This document shows, in pieces, positions 1-46,000 of a stretch of 64,000 nucleotides of DNA. Numbering within the stretch: the first letter of the stretch is position 1; each line of letters begins with the position of its first letter. The stretch comes from Tubiluchus corallicola (lineage: Eukaryota > Animalia > Priapulida), in the NCBI GenBank assembly GCA_030141605.1, contig JAQGDQ010001007.1, forward strand, positions 6,986 through 70,985, written 5' to 3'. The notes beneath the pieces are model-generated. The model was not told the DNA's origin, ran no database searches, and saw nothing but the letters and a program-made list of their open reading frames with translations. Made by a program: the position numbers and the translations under genes.

Positions 1-317
1 GCTGGTGCAATAAAATTAAACAATAAAATTAAATCAAAGTTACTAACAAATTAGCAACTACGATACAGCGATAGAGTTGTTAATTTTAAATAGCCAGTTT
101 GTCGACTAGGTCCGTCGCATACTTAAAAGTTAGTCGAAAATTAATTTGCTCAGCCAATTTCCTCCATAAAAGCGTGTAAAGGATTAATACATCACAAACA
201 GTTTATCAAATTTTCATTTCACTATAAATGCGAGCTTCTGGAAAAACCGAATTGACCATATACCAGTCAATGTCGTGAGGTTCGTTCTTCTATTGAAGTT
301 ACATTTTTATATCCTTA

Positions 318-370
318 AAGAAAGACAAGATGATTTTTCATATCCTACCCCGTTTTCAAGTACGGTATAA
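318..370 (+). repeat. Fragment of an interspersed repeat also present at 49951-50003
   Basis: aagaaagacaagatgatttttcatatcctaccccgttttcaagtacggta versus aaggaagacaggatgatttttcatatgctatcccattttcaagtacggta. Confidence 0.75.
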
Positions 371-380
371 ATCCATATGC

Positions 381-762
381 TGGTCTAGGTGTGTTGTAAT
401 ATTAAATCTTGAGCCTGTCTACATGTATGGCTGTAGCAGGTGTTTCTGGCTTAGGCGGCTGTAGGATTGCGGAACTGGCATATTGTATTGTTATAGTGCT
501 TGGTTTAGGTGTCTTTGTGTGTTGGGGTGGGGCCACGGTGACCTTGAGTTTGTAAATCTTTGGCGCATAGAGGAGTGGACAGGGTGCTTCTGGCGTGCAG
601 GGTTGTAGACAATACTTAGAGTTCTGGCATGTATGGCAGGCAGGTGCTCCTGGCTCTAGGTGGTTGTGGATACACAGGTCTTATATGTATAGTTAGTATA
701 GGGTAGCTGAGTTTAGTGGCCACAGGACCCTGGCATTGGCAGAAGAAGGCAGGTGCTTCTGG
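381..762 (-). repeat. Degraded inverted copy of repeat array 1 (fold-back)
   Basis: Its reverse complement matches C-D-A-B-A units with many indels; for example 625-670 is the reverse complement of ...ccacaaccac(a)cctag(g)ccaggagcacctg...ccatacatgcca. Stem 750-762 pairs with 769-781. Confidence 0.85.
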
Positions 763-768
763 ACCCAG

Positions 769-33606
<32,838 letters not shown>

Positions 33607-33777
33607 ATGGAATACAGGATTGATACGGAAATTGACCCGGACCATCCACGGATCTGTATCGGACTTGTGGCAGTACAGTTACTCTCTTATGTTAACTATG
33701 ACTTATTGAAATTTTTTAGTAAATCTGTAATTGTTAAAATTTTGCCTTATTTGTTGCTGTGATATTTTGAGATCATT

Positions 33778-33783
33778 AATAAA
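33778..33783 (+). terminator. Candidate polyadenylation signal of the SCO-spondin-like gene
   Basis: AATAAA about 170 nt after the stop, followed by GT/T-rich sequence. Confidence 0.5.
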
Positions 33784-36019
33784 ATATTTTCAGTGTGCAT
33801 GTATGGAAAGTTCATGTATTTATTTATTATTTTATAAGCTGTTATTGCGTCATATAGATACTGTGTCATATTTCACAATTTCTTTCTAATGAGTGGTGCT
33901 TCACTTAACTAGAGATAAGCAGTAATATGTCTTTAATGTGATAGTCTTTGAACGGGTAAAGACTTGCTAAGTTGAAAGTCACTATCAACAATGATTCTTT
34001 ATGTTAGCGTTATTATTAATGTTAATATTATTATTATTAATATATTAGTATTTGGATAATATATTTCTAGCTAGATTCTTCTGCAAAAAACTGTTTTATT
34101 TGACATCTTAGAAGAATAATGCGGACACTATTTTTTACAAATTGGCCACTTTCCTACTGGTACTATTTGAGCAAACGTTGCACATGACAGTAACTGAACT
34201 ACGACAAGATTTTTAACTTATTTTTTCTCTTTATTAATAAGTATAGCAGCATAGTTCTAAAAAGTGACTAGTTATTTCATGCCAGTTTATAATTGAACAA
34301 TTGTTGTTATGTAAATAAATTTGCCATACTCTTGTCAATTGTGCACAAACTTTAGCAAAAATTACTGTACATGTATTGTTATAATGATAGTATGTTTGCA
34401 GTGCAAGCCTTAATTGTTAAACCTGTGGTATCTGTACTTAGTTAACAAAGTCAAATTGTTCTGTGTAAGCACTCACAGATGTAAGAAAAATTTGTGCAAA
34501 TTTAACAATAGTTCCTAATAACAACTGATTAGAAAATTAGGACAGATGTTTGATGTGGCTATGCTACACTCTACATTTGAAAAAATTGCGCTAAAACTTC
34601 AGCTTCAACATTCTTGTAGAAATACTAGTATGTCAGTTTAGTCTTACATTCAGCATAATTGTGTCCAGTAATTCTTATTGTTATTTTTGTGACAGCATGA
34701 TGGTGCAATGTAATGCTTTTTTAATGCACAGCAGATGCGAGTTACAAAAATCAATCCAATTAATTTGTTTGTTTAAAAACTGACTTGATGTGAATAGTTA
34801 CAAGAAAAAAATAAATGATTGTTATTCTACTCTGCAAGCAGATACCTGTTACTGGTTTGTTTGTGCATAGCAGTCCGATAAAGGCACTTCAATAGAATTG
34901 TTTGCGCTGTAAGTCATAATTAATAATGTGGATGTGGATAAATGAGCTATTTAAAAAACAGAAGAAACAGATTTAAACTATAATTAGGATCAATTCATAC
35001 AAAGTTTGAAAGAATTAACTGTTAAGTCGTTAAACTTAATGAGAATTGCTGTAACTGTGTGCGTGTTTTTTTTAAAAACTAAACTATCCCAGCCCAGCTT
35101 GGCTTCAACACATGCAGAAAAGACAAAAAAAGCAAATTACATGTATAAATTAAATTCAAGACAAATCATTATTCCCAAAAAAATTGCCAGTTAGTAAAAC
35201 AGCAAGCAAACAGGCAGATTTGTAAACTATGTCAAACGAGTTTATGTACGATTTACAAAAAACAGCCTACATAACATCATTATACCCATTAGTTAGGAAA
35301 ACAGGTTTTAATTATCGCAACTTTAGTTATTTAATCTGAGAAAGGAATGTTGACGTCACATAGGAGAGTTGATTCAATTTGGGTGTTGTATATAATTTAG
35401 GGATTGCACTCGTTTGCAGGGCTTGACGTCACTCTTACGCACGTTTTAAGAGGTTTCCTTCATCTGCACGCATAACTGTACGGGCCGATTTTTTCGTGGG
35501 GGGAGGGCTGAGCCACTTTTACAGCGCCACTGCGAAAAAAGCCCGGAACCAGAAATTGCCTCATCCCACCCCCATGATCAAAAAATGCCCGGATTTCGGA
35601 ATTTCATTTGGCGGCATGGAGAAATTTCGAGACTTCGTTTTAGGAAGAATATTATCTTATTTTTTACATCATTTGGCCTGTGCCCGAAAAATTTGGTGAT
35701 GGTAAGGATCCAAGATGCGGAAATTCCAGTACAGAGACTGAAGCTTCATGAGTTGGTGACTGGACTCGAACAAGAAGGAATGAGCTGTAGCAGAAAGCAT
35801 AGAATGATAATTAATTTTTACTAATTATCTGCCATTGTCTGTTTTAAATGTTTTTTTAAGTTACTGAGTTTAAACGGAAATTTTTCTTTCTTTTTTGAAG
35901 TGCTTGTTTCTTGTGAAAAATAATTATTATGATGATAAATGTAATAATCTTTCTTTAAAGTTGTTTTTTCGGATGAGCAATTAACATAAACTTCAAAGAG
36001 CTTTTGGACCGACTGTAAA

Positions 36020-36190
36020 TAACAATCTACAACTACATAACAGAGACTGTTATTACCCCACTTTGGCCTACCTACCACGCGCCAGGCAGGGCAACAGCAG
36101 GCGCCATTTTTAAAGTCTTTGGCATTAACCCGCCGCTGTATCGAACTCACGACCTACCAACCGGAAAACGGACGCGTTACCACTAGACGA
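36020..36190 (-). mobile_element. tRNA-derived SINE with Meta/MESC-like central domain
   Basis: The - strand reads gtctagtggtaacgcg (A box)...gtgagttcgatac (B box)...ttaatgccaaagactttaaaaatggcgcctgctgttgccctgcctggcgcg. Confidence 0.6.
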
Positions 36191-37004
36191 AGGTAATGGT
36201 AATGGTCAAAGTAATAATTAATAGTGATAGCGTTTTGTAATCCGTATTTCTTTTTTTCTTTTATAACACCTATTGTAGGGGTAGCCACATTAAATGTATA
36301 CATTTATAAATGTTTGCGTTGGATGAAATAGCCACATCTTTGCTTGTTACTTTGATAATTTTAACTGATGTTTGCATGTGTAATTTTCACTTGTAGCGTA
36401 AAAAAGTAAAGTGCGTTCTCAAAATCGAACTCAAGAAAATTCTAAAATGGAAAGTGGAAATAGCAGAAAATTGGTACAGGCCCTCGCTTAACAATGAAAT
36501 TATTAATTCAGAACAATCGAGAAACAAAAACCGTTTTAGTCGAGACAACAACGATGTTAAATATTGTGCAATGTGAAAGCAATTCCGCCAATCCAGGAGC
36601 ACTCAGGAAGAAGGAATGCCTGAAACCTTCCATTAGCTGTCAGGATTTCGCTCGCAAAACCAAATTTACGCACCTATCATGACACTCAATATTCTTGGCG
36701 TGTTTGTTCCTATTTGACAAAGCACTTAAACCAGGCGACGGACTTCTAACCACGTTAGCACGTAAACTAATCATTTCTGCTAGTTCGCGTAGCTAAAGAA
36801 ATAAGTCACTCAAATAAATCTGAGTCCATCTAGTAAATGTCCTTGATTTTTGTACGTGGTTCTATGACTTAAATTTATCTTTTGCTGCAGTACGTTTTTG
36901 CGATGTAGCGCAGGCTGGTCTGCGATTGGCTTACTCGTGTACTCCCTAATAGTAATGTGAACATGAAATGCATCTTTCACAAGATAATGTTAATTAGCAC
37001 ATTT

Positions 37005-37010
37005 TTTATT
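37005..37010 (-). terminator. Candidate polyadenylation signal of the Ly6/quiver-like gene
   Basis: AATAAA on the - strand about 360 nt after the stop. Confidence 0.4.
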
Positions 37011-37368
37011 AACTATGCCCATATAGACTGTAATGAATAATTTGACTAATTGCCAACAAAAATTTACATAAGCCTATAATTAATGGCATGCAACAAAAGC
37101 ATTAATTAATATATTTATGATGAAATATAATCCAGGTATCAAATGAATTGGACTAATTGAGAAGTTGATTTACTGTGTCTACTGTGTCTTTAAAAACTAA
37201 GAAAACGATTTTAGCTAACATTTAAAAATTTGCCGCTCTTAAAACAGTATTTCTGTTAATTTACCTCTTTGCAATTAACATAGTTTTCAAACGCAAATTC
37301 GAACTTATACGCATCCATTAATTGCTTAAAATAGCAGATTTCTTGCAATAATCAAATTATACAATTAA

Positions 37369-37671
37369 TTAATGCATCGAGCGCAGAATGACTGTTGCCA
37401 CAAGCGACAGTGTTGTCGCAACAAGAACAGAAGCGGTGGTGCTGACACCTTCATTGCAGAGATCGCTGTTACACACGCAGAGGGTTACTGTATAACCCCC
37501 TTCTGATCCTGATTCACAGCCTTCGCTGAGGATTCCACTTACGTCACAGGACCTAACCACAGATATTGCAGAACCTACACAAAATACAGTGTAGACAATT
37601 ACGATGTTATTGTTAGCAATAGGGTCTTAGCAGCAGTAACAGCAGCAGCAGCAGTAGTAATAGTAGTAGTG

Positions 37672-37761
<90 letters not shown>

Positions 37762-39677
37762 ATAGTAGTAGTAGTAGTAGTGGCACGATGTGTGCTCAAG
37801 TATGAAGTTCATCTACAGACTTCGCAATGAATAGAAGTACATATAAATAAATTGTAAATTACCGTCAGAATCATCTGTCCTTGATTTCACACAAGACGAA
37901 CACGATGATTTTATCCAGTCTTCATCTGCTTGAAATTCGTCGTTACATCCATCTTTTGATAGTGGAGGAATACCATACGTGCATTGGTAGCAGTCAATAC
38001 CATAACCTTTAAGTATGAATATGAATATGAAGTTTGCAGTTTCACGACATCCATGCATCACATAATGGGTAAAGACGATAACTAAAAGGTCATACATGCA
38101 TTTGAATATCATTTCATTTAACTTGCACATTAGTCTCAGAAGTGTGATTAAACTAATTTAAGTTACATATAGTCGAAAAATGCAAAAAATAAGTATAGTA
38201 GGGTGTCTTCAAAAATATTATATAAAAATTAATAGGAGATCAGTGCATATCTGATTTGTCAGACAGCTGAACTGAAGAAAGTGAAATAATTGGAAATTTT
38301 AGGAGTATATGATAGTGCTGCTCAACTTTGGCATTTTTATATACAAAAGATTATTTCGTGTGATGTAGTTTTCATGATAATTTAATTGCATAAAAGTTTC
38401 GTTTTGTTCAGACAACGATTTTGTTACAGTTTTTTTTTTATTTATACAACGATTTTATTAAAGTCTTATTCAAGGATCTCCTACAAGGATGTTATTTAAT
38501 AAATAAAACTTGAACTTGAAACTTTGATATTTGTAAAAATTTGTGTTAAATTTAAAAGAGTACAAGACCTGTTACAAGGGATGTTCCTATACTGTAAACA
38601 GTTTTTCGCGGCGCAGAAATAATAAACGGTGGAAACGAAACATGACAGCCAAAGGACCAAAGGGATTTCTCCAAGCTCCCAGACCAGTCCATAATATGCA
38701 AGTTAATAAGATTTATAATAAATAAACTGAGCAACAAGGCGAACTATTCAATTACACTTACAGGTCATGTTTCTGCGCACAATTGACATTGAAAGCACCA
38801 GATGAAAAGAAGAAACTAAAGTGGCATTTACATAGCATCTGAAATGCGTATGCGGATTCGTTTTCCACTTGCGGAATAACCTGCCGAAAAAATTAAGAAG
38901 AACAGCTGCAGAAAAAGAATAACGCACACGCAGGCTACATAAACGGGTGCATTGAAAAAATATAAACCGATTTGACTATTCCGCACTCTCCAAAACGCGT
39001 CCGCATCCGGATGCCACGTAAAGGCCATTTAAGACCCATTTCACAATGAGGACACAAAGAAAATAACGTACCGAATTGGTGTCAGAAAAAGAAATATTTT
39101 TTTAAAAAAAAGTCAATTTTTTTCGCGACAGCCCAGTTAGCTCAAGCTATATCGCAAGTTGTAAGCTCATAGCTGTTGCCTGCCAGACATTGAGCTAGAC
39201 GAAGTAATGTTTTTACTGAGCGCTTATTATTATTACGACAGCATAATTACCGTCATTATTGGGCCGTTATTGAGAACTTTAACTTCTCATGAGTGTTTTC
39301 TCCAAGTCACACTTCATGATTTCAGTGAAAATCTTAAAGAATTATATTTGCTTTTTATTTAAACTCATATAAAAATTTAGTGCTATAACTGTAAATAAAG
39401 TGTGAATAACATGAACATGAAACGTTTAGTAATTTTAGAAGCGTCTCATTTTTTCAATATTCATCTTTCGGCGGTCATAAACAGTATTTACAATAATTAA
39501 ATATTACAATTATGCACATAAATAGGCCTACTGTGTTATAATAATAGAAATTTGGAACAAAATTATATTGTTTGGAAAGAAATTATACTCCATTTTCAAA
39601 GTTTTCCACTACATAACGAGTTTTAGAATTACAATTACAATTTCCAACAAGAGCATATATATATATACTTATACGCT

Positions 39678-39774
<97 letters not shown>

Positions 39775-40273
39775 ATATCAATATATTCGGAAATCTGGTA
39801 AGCTACATTTAGAGAAAGCATTAGAATTACAGTATGCATTAGAAACCTTATACTATTAGTTAAAACATCTGGCAAGCTCAATTTTGTAAATTACGTTTTG
39901 TAAAAAAAAACTCGGCAGTGAATTTTGGCACTAAATTTGCTATTTCAAAATCACTACCTTTTAGCAGCAAAATAAGTTTTTGGTCCATACGTAGGCCTAG
40001 ATTAATAAGACTGGGAAAATTTTTACAATAGCACCGAATAATGTGCCTGACCTATCAATAATCTTAATAAATAGATACAGCTAATTGGTCGCATAAAATC
40101 AGAAAACAAAAACAGTAAAAATAATGTTATTTACGTTGTATGTACGCTGTGCATTCAGCATAGTGAATTTTTAGAAGTATTTAAAAACGGTATTTATAAA
40201 AAAGCTTTGTAAGTGTAACTAAGCACGCATACTAACGTTTTTAAGGCAAAAGTCTATCTAAGAAAAGGTATTA

Positions 40274-40312
<39 letters not shown>

Positions 40313-41041
40313 AAGTACGTTTAATAATGTTAGCTAATGTAACTTGTTTTTTACCACGTCAAAATTTAAGAATATGCCAATACAAATAAATCTATGTGTA
40401 CGCTAGTTTTCTTTTTCACGAATACAGCCATCACTGTTGCAATAATAAAACAAAAAAAAATCATCTGTTTAACAAGAGAGAGAGATTAAAAACTTATAAT
40501 TTCATGCTGAACTATGTTGATTGTCGTTTGTTGTTCGTTAAACCAAAACGAAGTAATTGAGCAGTTAAATTTTAATGTGAATTCCGCTAAGAATCCTCGG
40601 GAAATAGGAGTATTTCTATGAAGCGGAAATTTTCCTGTTGAGGAGGACGAAATGCGCCATAGAAAGCAAGATGTTCCATTTTCGGGAGGAATGCCGCAAG
40701 GATTTTTGTTCTCGAAGAACTTTGCCGCGCGTCCTTACTGTGAAATGGGCCATAGAAAGCAATGTGTCCCATTTTCGTGAGAAATGCTGCAAAGAACTTT
40801 TCCTCGGGGAATTTTGCCGCACGTCATCACTCTGGGCCTAAGCGCTTCTGGGTCTCTCATTGCCTGACAATCTCTGTATACGATTAATAATAAAGACAAT
40901 ATAATTATTTGCTCTTCTGCAAGTTCCGCTCAAAACAAAAATTATTTCAGTGTTAAAGAACATTATACTAAAGTAATAATTGTGTATTTACTTACTCAGT
41001 TTCACCATTGAGAGAACAAACAGAACAAATACAACCTTCAT
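37369..41041 (-). CDS. Ly6/uPAR three-finger (quiver/sleepless-like) GPI-anchored protein, 131 aa, 3 exons
   Basis: Exons 41041-40996 (signal peptide MKVVFVLFVLSMVKL, donor A|GTAAGT), 38006-37863 (SYGIDCYQC...GCND...CSSCVK) and 37574-37369 (RSC...GC...LCVCNSDLCN plus hydrophobic tail). Phases 1/1, 396 nt, 10 Cys, terminal CN motif. Confidence 0.88.
37628..37782. repeat. (CAG)n-(TAG)n microsatellite in intron 2 of the Ly6-like gene
   Basis: Directly visible. Confidence 0.95.
38822..39027. mobile_element. PIF/Harbinger-like MITE
   Basis: tggcatttacatagcatctgaaatgcgtatgcg is an imperfect inverted repeat of cgcgtccgcatccggatgccacgtaaaggcca; GGC-type termini. Confidence 0.5.
39683..39773. repeat. 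(GA)n microsatellite
   Basis: Directly visible. Confidence 0.95.
40277..40310. repeat. (TA)n microsatellite
   Basis: Directly visible. Confidence 0.9.
40649..40835. repeat. Two diverged ~93-bp tandem copies, with a third partial copy at ~41379-41412
   Basis: gaaatgcgccatagaaagcaagatgttccattttcg, gaaatgggccatagaaagcaatgtgtcccattttcg and gggccatataaagcaatgtgtcccattttcg. Confidence 0.75.
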
Positions 41042-41120
41042 TTTCGCAATTATAATGTAGTTCATAAAAGCATAAATGTCGCCAAACCGTGCAAGTTGTT
41101 GTAGTACCGCACTCGCTACC

Positions 41121-41128
41121 ATTTATAT
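41121..41128 (-). promoter_or_regulatory. Candidate TATA box of the Ly6/quiver-like gene
   Basis: TATAAAT on the - strand about 80 nt upstream of the ATG. Confidence 0.55.
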
Positions 41129-41472
41129 ACAAAAACCTAACCCGAAGTTCAAATAAGTGAAATGTCATTTATTACATCATCATGTTCGTTAATTTGGGCC
41201 CACTTACTGATGAACTTTGAAATAGACAGCTGCTTATGAGTCACTTCAACTCATAAAGCGTCAGGTATAACTGGGCGATATATGCTTAAAATTTAATTAT
41301 AGCGTTTTAATTTTTAAATTGCACCCTTTTCAAAACCATCTGTTTGCGTTGATGAGAGTAGTCATGAGATTCGAACCCGGGCCATATAAAGCAATGTGTC
41401 CCATTTTCGTGAATTCCAGCAAACTAGAATAGAAGAAAATCCTGAAAATCCTGCTACAGAGATTTATTGTAT

Positions 41473-41965
41473 TGTTACGGAGGCACCTGTGTTGGGTCAG
41501 GTGTAGGGCCCTCTACACGCCCTGCTTCCATGTTGGCAGCTACTCACCCCTTTCTTGCAGGTCCAGACGTCTTGTTTGGGCCTACACGTGGTTTGAGAAG
41601 CCAGCTGACCTGGAATGCCAGTACAAAAGCGTGTAGAGGTCACTACAGCCTTGATTTCTGACACAGGTGCTCCTCGGGTGTAGTGCTGTTACTGAGTTAG
41701 TTTGTTATTTGTTTTTTGTGCACGTGTATTTTGTTCCCTATTTTTATTAGTGCTGATAATAAACTCCATACAGTGTAGTTTTTGTTTTTTTATTTTATGA
41801 GAGTTAAGAACGCGTCCGCGAGAAGACCATGCAGAATCGAAAAATTCCGGCACAAGGTTAGGTAAACCGATTCAAACCAAAGTTCGGGTATGAGGTCCAC
41901 TAGTCACTAGTATTCACTATGTGAATCCGCTTGGCCCAACTCCTCATAGTAGCAGGGGTACGACA
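41473..41965 (+). mobile_element. Possible solo LTR
   Basis: Starts TGTTACG, is GC-richer than its flanks, has internal AATAAA (~41758) and ends ...CGACA. No matching TSD found. Confidence 0.3.
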
Positions 41966-42517
41966 TAGGCCGATTTTCATGAAAAAATGCCTATTTTTCT
42001 TTATTTTTTACTCACATTTGAAGGATTAGTCATGCAGCAACTACTGAGTTTGAATAGATCTGACTCTGCACAGTATTGGATCTTGTTATCCTCTCCAAAA
42101 TGACTTTTTAACTTTTGTCCCAAACCCCCCTCTTTCGGCTCTACTGGGGGTCTTTAAGCTCGCATTACGCACAAGATGCAAATACTCAGTCATTTCAAAG
42201 TCTTATATCTCACCCACTGCGGGGGCGGGGACAAAAATATCGATATGTATGTGAATAGAGCATCCCATCCCACTATGCTGCAGTGACAATTTCGATGGAG
42301 CGAATTTCCACCCTATTGCAAAAGACCCCTGAAAGAGGCATGTGTCAGGATGAAAACATAGGTAACAACGTTCATCAAAAAGCTTCGTGTATGTAAACAT
42401 GAGTTGTCAAATCTTGTCAGAATACTTCAAAACATCATAAATATTCATCTTTGGCTACTAGGGGCCTAGCCAGCACATTGGTTAAACTACCGACAGGATT
42501 GGACTCCAGCATTCAAG

Positions 42518-42720
42518 ATGGCGGCCACTGCTGAACTAAAATGTTCGTTTTCTGGGCTGTTTACCAGCGGTAAATGCGGTATTGTGACTAGTTATCCGCA
42601 CGAAACGAATATTGTGAATCTATTAGCCTGTACTAAAGACACTGGACCGCATTTAAAGCGCTTCCATCTTCAAAAAAATGAAATATCTACGGAATGGAAA
42701 TTGCTTCTTGCAAGGACTGG
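42518..42720 (+). pseudogene. Isolated Cys-containing coding remnant, probably from a DNA transposon
   Basis: Good start context caagATGgcggcc, encoding MAATAELKCSFSG...CG...LLAC...HL...EWKLLLARTG. No continuation found. It sits among transposon ends. The family assignment is inference only. Confidence 0.3.
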
Positions 42721-42802
42721 AAAATGTTTTATGTACTGTTTATTTCCTATGCTTTGTAAATGTTATGTACAGGTTATTACCTAGTAATTACTCATTGTCT
42801 TA

Positions 42803-43074
42803 CATAGGCGTGCAAGATAGGACACAAAGAAAATGGCCCTAAATTTGAGCGAATGCCCAAAAAATATGGGACAGACTTGATATCATTTGTCCGGTGATTT
42901 TTTGACTGTAAAACATCGAAAAATTTTGTGCCATTGGCGCAATCATTCAATCACACAATTAATATTTTTTTGTCAGAAGTATCGATTTTGTGCCACAAAT
43001 AAATTTTAGGCGAAGAAAAATTTTCTGAGCTAAATATCACCGCCGTCCCCCTAGAAGCGGCCCATACGCTTATA
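42803..43074. mobile_element. hAT-type MITE
   Basis: Termini cataggcgt and acgcttata. 8-bp TSD ttgtctta (42795-42802) and ttgtctca (43075-43082). Confidence 0.6.
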
Positions 43075-46000
43075 TTGTCTCATGTTTAGACTGTAAGATT
43101 TTTACTTTATCACTTTCCCCATGATATATTTGTCTATATTTCTGTGTCTATCTTCTAGTGATAATCTACCTGCATCGATAATCCTTTCTCTATTATTTAG
43201 ATATTATGGTTTTGATTACTTGTACTACTCTTCAGTGATAGGATTATGCTGCTACAATAGGAACAGTATTTTGGACTTAGAGAAATTAATTCTGACTGAG
43301 TTTTGTAGTTTTTCATTTTTGTACTGATATTCATAATCTTCTATGAAACTTATTCATATAAAAAGTATAAAAAATGAACGGATGTATAAAAATGCACGGA
43401 TTTCTATTTTATATGTATATACCAAGTGTTGTCAGATTCTTTCGCTAGCAATGACTCTGTTAATAAGAGATAATAAGTCGTGTGTAGTTAAACAAATTTT
43501 AGGTAGAGAATACTTATCAACATCATTAAGGTTCTAATTTATTAACGTCAGTTGTTAAGCAATTTTTTCGGAATTTATAATAGCTTTTTGATTATGATGT
43601 GGTTATAACTATTATAATAAATCTTGTGAAGCCACTATATAAAAAGTAAAGCTTAGACTAAGCAAGTTGTCCTCTTTACTATGTCGCTTAAAAAAATTAT
43701 ACAAAATCTTGTAAAGTTTGTATAGAAACTTGTTAGAAAGCACCATACATAATTTTTCTGAAACACCAATTCAAGAATTCCGCGAGTCTCTACTTGTCAA
43801 CCCGTTCGCAACGACATTTGCGAATCCACATAAATTTAGTCACTTCTAATTTTGTTTTGTTGTTTGCCTCCACACAATGGAAATGCAAGGTTCTGGTAAC
43901 AGTTTGAGAAGGAACACAACACTTTCGGCTATCGCAACCACGGCAGTAATGGAGATGGTGCGTTTTCAAACTCGTACAGTTGCCGTATATTATTTGCTCT
44001 GGCCCCGATGAGAACCAAGCTTTATGGCTTTTGTGGAAGCTTCTGGTAGAGTCCTAGAAATAGAAATTTATTCTTTAATGTTATTGTGAGGAGTGATGTA
44101 GTGAGTAGTGACTAGTGAGTAGTAGTTAACATGTTAGTAATAAAGTTTGTAGGATATAAAAATAATTAAAATCACAATACTAAGTTCCCGTACAGTCTAT
44201 TATTTTGAATTAATGTTCGACGAGTATGCTAATCAAGCTAAATAATTTAACTGAGCAGTAGTGATGACAGTTGTTTGATTTTCGTCGATGGCCTCATACA
44301 GATGATCAATCGGCATAGTTGACAATAAGGCTCTTTGGTCGCTGTAAGGAGAGTTATCGCAACGAAAACGACTCTACATAATCACTCTGTAGGAATTCTT
44401 CATTCTGGAGGCAATTATATTATTTGGCATTCTGCCTTTACCCCTTCAATGAGTTACTTATCGTTTTTATCTCTAATAGGCTTCGTTTGAAGTCTATAAA
44501 TGTGCTGGGCATCAGCGTTAAGTTGTGTTGACATAGTGGCATTGTAACTCCCAGAGAATATCTTGAAGTCCTAGTACATAGGTGTGATCCACGTTTGTAT
44601 TATGTAATATCGTGAACGTTTATGTATAATGTATAATCTAGCTGTTCAATCTCTTGTTCTAGATTTTCTTCAGAATAACTCTAGAATAAGTGTAGTGTAG
44701 AAAGAGGCAATACTAATAATTTCACGTTTGTTTGGGTCTGAAAAACAAAGGTTGCGTTTTGAATTTGGGGCATAATTTAAGCACCCGTCTAGCTCTCCCG
44801 CCCTTGCAATGAAACACTTCTAACAAAAAATAAAGAACAACTCTTTTTCGACTATAGGGTTCGAATTATCCAGTTTGAGACTGAAATACGGATTAATGAC
44901 AGCATCGAGAATTGAACGAACAGAACTAAACAGCTTAAGGAAACTAATATGTGTGTCAGCTCAACTACTCAACATAATGGCATAAACTGGGGTTACTGGG
45001 AAATATGAAATTTGAGTTTTTGAGTTTAGAATGTGATAAGAAAGACATCACCAGGACCGCTTGCGCCGTACCTGTACAAATTAGAGATTAACAAGCATTT
45101 CAACTGTATAAGGGCCCCCCACCACAATATACAATTTATATGTTTGTCAGTCTTTAATTAGCCTGAATGCTTCAAGTTGTTTAAGCAAGCCCTCGGTTTT
45201 CCATTGAAATTTGACAAGTATATCTGCGTCCTTTTTTCTGTGTCATTTTGCCTGTTTTATTTTTACTGTGCAGCTCACTGACAGCAACATTGTTTCTAGG
45301 CGGCACTATATATGGCTAAACTATGACTTATGATCTAGTTGTTCAGTATTTTTACTCCCAAATAACACTGCGACTAACTGTTTTGATTCAAGGTCACCTA
45401 TACTGTTACTTATACTTGTTACTAATATATATCCTTACCCCAAGTTTTAAGATTTTCAACATCGTTGCAGCACAGGAATTCAAAAAGCTTATGTACTCAA
45501 CTTTAATTCAGCATTCGATAAAGAGTTCCCTTGTTGAATGATCATTGATAACAGGCTAACAGTAACAGCAATATCAAAATAACAAACACTCATCACAGTA
45601 GTTAACACTCTCTTATACGTTGCATAACTCTTTGTGTCGGCTTATAATTGCCCTTTTACATAATTACAGCGCGTCAGGCTTATGCTAGCCGTAATTACTC
45701 TGAAACTAATTGCTTTTTAACGAGCGCCATAAAGCAGTGAAAATTTTCTTGACAAGTTTACGACATTTTCAACAGCGCTGATCCAAAGAAAAACAATACC
45801 GCTAAAATTGCTAAATAAGAAATAAGCAGAATAAACGTTGATCAAAACGAATTCCAATTGTATGTTCATTCCCTTCTTCCTTACATTGTTCATTTGCTGT
45901 GTTAGTTGTTCAATCACTTAGTTTAGGGGCAATTAAGCGTAAGCTGCTCAGCCTCATTTGATATTTACAGTCACATAGTTTGTTAATGAATTCGTTTTAT

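Noticed and set aside
36125-36190. tRNA gene candidates (also ~23175-23235, ~39130 and ~41365)
   Set aside because: A/B boxes are present in some, but there is no full cloverleaf or acceptor stem. They continue into SINE body sequence or are fragments.
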